Position numbers and translations under genes: made by a program | DNA from: an uncultured Candidatus Rokubacteria bacterium | Lineage (GTDB): Bacteria > Methylomirabilota > Methylomirabilia > Rokubacteriales > DASRDR01 | Length of the DNA: 12,663 nucleotides | Reading direction: 5' to 3' | NCBI GenBank assembly: GCA_963708025.1 | Contig: CAVPSB010000039.1 | Span: 1 to 12,663, forward strand | Shown here: piece by piece, positions 8,175-12,663 of the stretch | How the letters are laid out: the number at the start of each line of letters is the position of its first letter | Position numbering within the stretch: position 1 is the first letter of the stretch | Notes under the pieces: generated by a model | Told to the model about the DNA's origin: nothing | Database searches by the model: none | What the model saw: the letters and a program-made list of their open reading frames with translations, nothing else

Positions 8175-9559
8175 CTAGGAGACCTTGGGCCAGGTCTTGT
8201 CGATCCAGGTGTAGGTCGACGTCGGCTCGCCCTTCGGCCACTCGGGCGGCGCCGTGATGTTCCGGATCGGGATCGTGATCATCCGGTTCGGGTCGAGCAT
8301 CTGGAACTGGTACTCGGGCAGGTTCATGCTGAACCCGGTCACCGCGTCCTTGTAGGCCTGGTGGTTGTCCGGGCGGAAGTAGACGTAGCCGGCCGGGCCC
8401 GCCATGCCGAGGTTCTCGAGCTGGCTGATGATGGCGTCGTCGTCAGGCCAGCCGCCGGTCAGCTTGTTCGCCCGCTCGATGGCCATCTTCAGCATGTGCA
8501 TGGCGACGTAGGCGCCCTCGGCCTGGAAGTTCGGGTACTCCTTCCAGCGGTCGTAGTACTTCTTCACGAAGGCGTCGTTGATCGGCCAGCGGCTGTTCGG
8601 CGGGAAGTTGAAGTAGTAGTTCGAGTGGACTCCCGCGATGACCCCCTCGGGGTGGTCCTTGCCGATGGCGTGGGGCGCCACCCCGAAGGCGATCGTGCTG
8701 GCGAACTTCATCTTCTTGAACAGGTCGTAGCGGAGGGCCTGCTTGTAGAAGGCGACGTAGTCGCCGCCCCACACCGACGAGACGAGCAGGTCCGGCTTGG
8801 CCGAGATCGCCTTGGTGATGTGGGAGGTGAAGTCGGTCGTGCCGAGCTTCGGCCAGCCCTCCGACACCACCTCGACGTGCCCGGGATCAGCTTCTTGATG
8901 GCGACCGTGAAGTGGTCGAAGGCGTTCCGGCCGTAGGAGTAGTCGGGATGGATGTGGGCGATCTTCCGGCACCTTCGGCCACGTCAGGGCGATGGCGACC
9001 GCGCAGGTGACGCCGTCCGCCGACTGGATGTTGGTGATCCGGAAGATGTAGTGGGGATTCGGCACCGCCTTGTCGAAGAGGAAGTCGGTGCACCCGTCCA
9101 CGAAGATCGTCAGGAGCTTCAGCTCCTCGGCGACCGGACCGAGGGCGGGCGTGTTGCGCGCTGGAGGTGATGCCGGTGAAGAAGTCGATGTTCTCCGAGA
9201 GCTTCATCCGCCGGAGCTCTTTGACGTTGGCGTCGGTGCCGGCGGTCTCGTCGGCCTTGAGCGTCTCGATCTTTCGCTTCCCCAGGAGACCGCCCTGCGG
9301 CGTTGATCTCTTCGGCGGCCAGGATGTGCCCCTTGTACATGGGTTCCCCGAGGACCGCCGCCGGCCCGGAATGGAAGGTCATGTGGCCGACCTTGAACGG
9401 CTTGTCGGGGATGTTGCCCTTGGGCTGGGCCGGGGTCTGCGCCTGGGCCAGGGCCGGAGCGGCCAGGGGCGCCGCCGCGCCGGCGGCCGCGGCGCCGCCC
9501 ACGGTCACGCCCAGGGTCTTCAGGAAGTCTCGGCGACTCGGACCGGGTTGCTCCGCCAT
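8175..9559 (-). CDS. LivJ/LivK-like (type I periplasmic-binding fold) ABC substrate-binding protein with Tat signal (frameshifted)
   Basis: ATG at 9559 with GGAGGA SD. MAEQPGPSRRDFLKTLG matches the Tat consensus SRRxFLK. Further blocks: FKVGHMTFHSGPAAVLGEPMYKGHILAAEEINA, FFTGITSS, HYIFRITN, IAHIHPDYSYGR, WPKLGTTDFTSHITKAISAKPDLLVSSVWGGD, FVKKYYDRWKEYP. TAG at 8175-8177. About four indels (near 9297, 9160, 8968, 8880). Confidence 0.9.
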
Positions 9560-9625
9560 CGTTGGTGTTCCTCCATGGATACCGGGGGTCGGGGTTGAGG
9601 AGTCTGGGTACAGCCGGTGGGACCA

Positions 9626-9676
9626 ATTACGACCCGCTTGCCACGGATTGTCAAGGGCCTTCGGGTCATCTAGGCT
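9626..9676. promoter_or_regulatory. Candidate back-to-back sigma70-type promoters sharing a -35 core, with an overlapping inverted repeat
   Basis: Minus strand: TTGACA (9654-9649)-N17-CGTAAT (9631-9626), pointing to the transporter. Plus strand: TTGTCA (9648-9653)-N17-TAGGCT (9671-9676), pointing to the dehydrogenase. Inverted repeat CTTGCCA-N5-TGTCAAG at 9637-9655. Confidence 0.6.
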
Positions 9677-9709
9677 GGGGCAAACGCCAGGAAAGATGAG
9701 GAGGTTCTC

Positions 9710-10810
9710 ATGAAGGCTGCCGTCCTGCCCGCGGTCGGGGCTCCGCTCGCGATCGAGGAGATCCCCGCGCCCAGGCCGCGGACCGGCGAGGTGCTGCTCC
9801 GGGTCCGCGCCTGCGGCGTCTGCCACACCGATCTCCACGTGATGAAGGGAGAAGTCCGCTTCCCGGTCCCCGCCGTGCTCGGTCACGAGGTCTCCGGCCT
9901 CGTCGAGGCGGTGGGCCCCGGGGTCACCGGCCTCGAGGCCGGCGCCCCGGTGGTGGCCTCGTTCATCATGCCGTGCGGGCGCTGCCGCTTCTGCGTCGAA
10001 GGGCGGGACGATCTCTGCGAGCCGTTCTTCGCGCTGAACCGGCTCAAGGGCGTGCTCTACGACGGCGAGAGCCGGCTCCAGCGCGCCGACGGGAGCCCGC
10101 TCGCCATGTACAGCATGGCCGGGCTGGCCGAGTACTGTGTGGTGCCGGCCACCGACGTCTTCCGCGTTCCGGCCGGGCTCCCGCTGGAGGCGGCCTGCAT
10201 CCTCGGCTGCGCCATCATGACGGCCTACGGCGCCGTGACCCACCAGGCAGCGCTCCGCCCGGCGGAGACGGTGGCGGTCGTCGGGACGGGCGGGGTCGGC
10301 TCCAACGTGATCCAGCTCGCGCGCGTGGCCGGCGCCGCCCGCATCATCGCGGTGGACGTCCGGGCCGAGAAGCTCGAGGCGGCCCGGGCGCTCGGGGCCA
10401 CCGACGGGGTGAACGCCGCGGCCGGCGACGCCGTGGCGGAGGTCCGGCGGCTGACCGGCGGGGAAGGGGTCGATGTCGCCTTCGAGGCGCTGGGCCGGGC
10501 CGAGACGGTGGCCGCGGCGTTCCGCATGGTGCGGGACGGCGGCCGCGCCGTCGTCATCGGGATCGCGCCCGGCCAGACGGCGGCGCCGATCGAGATCACG
10601 CACCTCGTCCGGCGCGGGATCCGGCTCCAGGGCTCCTACGGCGCCCGGGTCCGCCGGGACATGCCGCAGCTCATCGCCCTGGCGGCCAGCGGCCGCATCA
10701 GCGTGACCCAGCCCATCACGCGCCGCTACCGGCTCGACCAGGCCGAGGAGGCCTACCGCGCCCTCGACCGCGGCGAGATCACCGGCCGCGCCATCGTGGT
10801 CTTGGATTGA
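9710..10810 (+). CDS. Zinc-dependent alcohol dehydrogenase (MDR superfamily), 366 aa, intact
   Basis: SD GAGGAGG upstream. Catalytic Zn motifs CGVCHTD and GHE. Structural Zn motif CGRCRFC-x7-C. Third catalytic ligand region LGCAIMTAYGAV. Rossmann motif GTGGVG. Asp in IIAVD suggests an NAD(H) preference. Confidence 0.95.
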   Translation: MKAAVLPAVGAPLAIEEIPAPRPRTGEVLLRVRACGVCHTDLHVMKGEVRFPVPAVLGHEVSGLVEAVGPGVTGLEAGAPVVASFIMPCGRCRFCVEGRDDLCEPFFALNRLKGVLYDGESRLQRADGSPLAMYSMAGLAEYCVVPATDVFRVPAGLPLEAACILGCAIMTAYGAVTHQAALRPAETVAVVGTGGVGSNVIQLARVAGAARIIAVDVRAEKLEAARALGATDGVNAAAGDAVAEVRRLTGGEGVDVAFEALGRAETVAAAFRMVRDGGRAVVIGIAPGQTAAPIEITHLVRRGIRLQGSYGARVRRDMPQLIALAASGRISVTQPITRRYRLDQAEEAYRALDRGEITGRAIVVLD

Positions 10811-10897
10811 GCTACGAGCAAAGCGTCTGGGACCCAGAGAGCGACACATTCGGTGCCGCTTGGGTGTCGTCGGCGCGTCGCAGCAGCGTGCTCTCTG

Positions 10898-12613
10898 CTA
10901 ATGCCGGCAGTCCCAGTAGGTCGCAACGAGGTCAATATACGGCGGTATCAGCTGGGGCGGAACCTCTGCGTCGTCAGTCGCCACCAGACGCGTTTCCAGC
11001 AGCTGATACTCCGAGGTTTGCCAGCGAACGCCGAACAGCCGGCAGGTCCAGAGAGTTTGACTGGGCGGCGCAGGCGGAGGGACCTCAAGCGGGCACGGCA
11101 CGAAGCCGCCGGCAACGGCATCGTCTTCCTGACCGAGCTGACCCCGGAATACGAGGATGCACCGCGTGGTCGGCGGCGTGTCGATTGGCAGCCGCTGGAC
11201 AGGAACGGCCGTGCTCTGCCCGCGGCTGAGAGAGAGCGACCAGCTCTGCCGGAACGTTCGGGTGCCGTCCTCCGGCTCGACATACAACGCGAAGGTGCCG
11301 TTTACGTCTTCGTCGGGCGAGCCATTGACGACCGTGAAGGTGCGAATTCGGACGTCCTGGGGGTTTTGCTCGTCGGTTGCCGCTATCGAGCCGCGGAAAA
11401 AGTAGTCGATGAGGGCGGCTGAGTAGCCGACGGCGCGGGGGAGGAGGAGGGCGCCGAGGTCCTCGGTCACCTTTTCGTCGATCGTGGAGTTGCGGGCCTG
11501 GATGGCCTCGGGAAGGTAGTCGTAGAGGGCGCCGGGAAGGGCGAGCCGATAGTGGCGCGTGGCGCCAGAGAGCTCCGTGACGTTGGTGTCGCCGTGGCGC
11601 GCCTTGAGGAGGTAGCGGCGCTGCCCGCCCCACGCACCGGGGGCGGGCTCGAGGGGCCCAAGTTCCATGCTCTGACCCGACGGGAAGGGGATGACGCCGA
11701 ACAGGGCGGGCTTGTCAGCGAAGATGGTGTTGTTGCTGAAGAAGTTGGCGTTGGAGTACTCGGCCAGCCCGATGACCGGACGCCCATCCGGCGGCGTCGC
11801 CGTCACATCGGGATTGGTGCCGTCGTACTGCCCGGTGTCGATGAGCCCCGAGACCGGGGAGGGAGCGCGGGACCGGTCGATCCGCGGAGACGTGCCGATC
11901 CGGGAGAATACCCGCTCCGACGGCCGAACGGTCGGCCGATCGAGGAAGGGCGCCAGTTCGGAGGGTTTGCGCTTGTCCACCCACCGCTCATAGCGATCGG
12001 GGTCGCCGAGGTCCAAGCCCAACACCACCTTGTAGAGATGAGGTCCGTTGCGCGTATGAGCAGGGAGCGAGGCGTCCTGGACGAGATGCATCACCTGGCC
12101 GAGGGAGCGGAACAGCTTCGCGAAGGCGATCTTACGGTCGCTCTCGGCCCCTGAGGTGAGGGCTTCGAAGTAGGCTTGCCTGGCGACCGGCCACGACCAC
12201 GTTCCCGAAGCGCCACCAATGCCTTCGCTCTGCCGTGTATTTTGCTGCCAGATGACCGAGGATTGGCCCGGCTGAATGCCGACAACGCGAAGGCCGGCCC
12301 CACTCCAAGTCGTCGCGAGCGGGTTGTGAAAGTGATTCACAACACGGACGTCTGGCATGTCTTCGCGCTTCGCACCCTCCTGAAGCCACTCACGGGCCGT
12401 CAGATTCTCGCCGTCGCTCCTAAAGAATTCATTGAAGCCGTCCGAGAACCCGAGACCTTCTTGAGAACCCGGTCAACGGTCGAGTCGATACCACCAACCG
12501 CACGCTGCGTGATCGCAGCGTGAGCGGCGAGGTCGTACGCCGATGCTTGGGGAGTCAGCAATCGGAAGCGAAGTCACTACGACAAATGCCAGCGTCGTCT
12601 CTATCCGTCTCAC
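10898..12613 (-). CDS. Secreted protein with zinc-dependent phospholipase C / P1-S1 nuclease-like N-terminal domain and uncharacterised C-terminal region (two 5' frameshifts)
   Basis: GTG at 12613 after GGGAGA. Stitched N-terminus: MRRIETTLAFVVVTSL / LLTPQASA-YDLAAHAAITQRAV...DRVLK / EGLGFSDG...EWLQEGAKREDMPDVRVVNHFHNPL, joining the 486-aa ORF 10898..12358. That ORF contains LGQVMHLVQDASLPAH and YERWV. Shifts near 12562 and 12461. Confidence 0.72.
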
Positions 12614-12663
12614 GGCCGTTCTCCCGCGCCAGTCTTGTGAATAGGCTTCAGGCCAAGAAACAC

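Noticed and set aside
7473-8936. Long plus-strand ORFs (for example 7473..8936, 949..1548 part, 3997..4647, 9973..11229)
   Set aside because: They are antisense or off-frame shadows of recognised genes, with low-complexity composition and no motifs.
188-9559. Calling the broken genes pseudogenes or programmed-frameshift genes
   Set aside because: The indels are numerous, affect unrelated genes and lack slippery-site context, while the functional motifs remain intact. Sequencing error is the simpler explanation.
9119-10849. 576-aa minus-strand ORF overlapping the ADH
   Set aside because: It is the antisense shadow of a GC-rich gene. Only its portion from ATG 9559 (MAEQPGPSRRDFLK) is real and belongs to the SBP.
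10811-11100. Possible diversity-generating retroelement variable region at the 3' end of the secreted protein
   Set aside because: There is no template-repeat copy with adenine-specific mismatches and no reverse transcriptase in the window. The only internal similarity is a short gccggcag-N-(c/t)ccag match.
1-12663. CRISPR array, tRNA/rRNA, transposase or integrase
   Set aside because: I found no regularly spaced direct repeats, RNA-gene signatures or recombinase/transposase motifs on either strand.

Overview
A very GC-rich bacterial window with many single-base frameshifts. These look like uncorrected long-read consensus errors, so most genes have to be stitched together across ORF-track fragments. 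From left to right: (1) clustered GC-rich hairpin/REP-like elements at 1-185; (2) an uncharacterised multi-TM membrane protein with a C-x4-C motif (+); (3) a twin-arginine-exported cupin (-), divergent from (4) an HxlR-family winged-helix regulator with an SCP2-like C-terminal domain (+); (5) a second copy of the REP-like element; (6) a minus-strand LIV/HAAT-type ABC importer operon in the order TAT-exported substrate-binding protein, hairpin, large ~770-aa exported protein of unknown function carrying family-5 (OppA/DppA-like) binding-protein motifs, livH, livM, livG, livF; (7) an intact, divergently transcribed Zn-dependent alcohol dehydrogenase that appears to share one -35 core (TTGTCAA) with the transporter promoter; (8) a convergent, compositionally distinct secreted protein with zinc phospholipase C/P1-nuclease-like metal ligands. 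The best candidate for an undescribed system is the LIV importer with its extra large family-5-like periplasmic component, coupled to the dehydrogenase. The composition and gene style are compatible with a Rokubacteria-like lineage, but that is an unverified impression.
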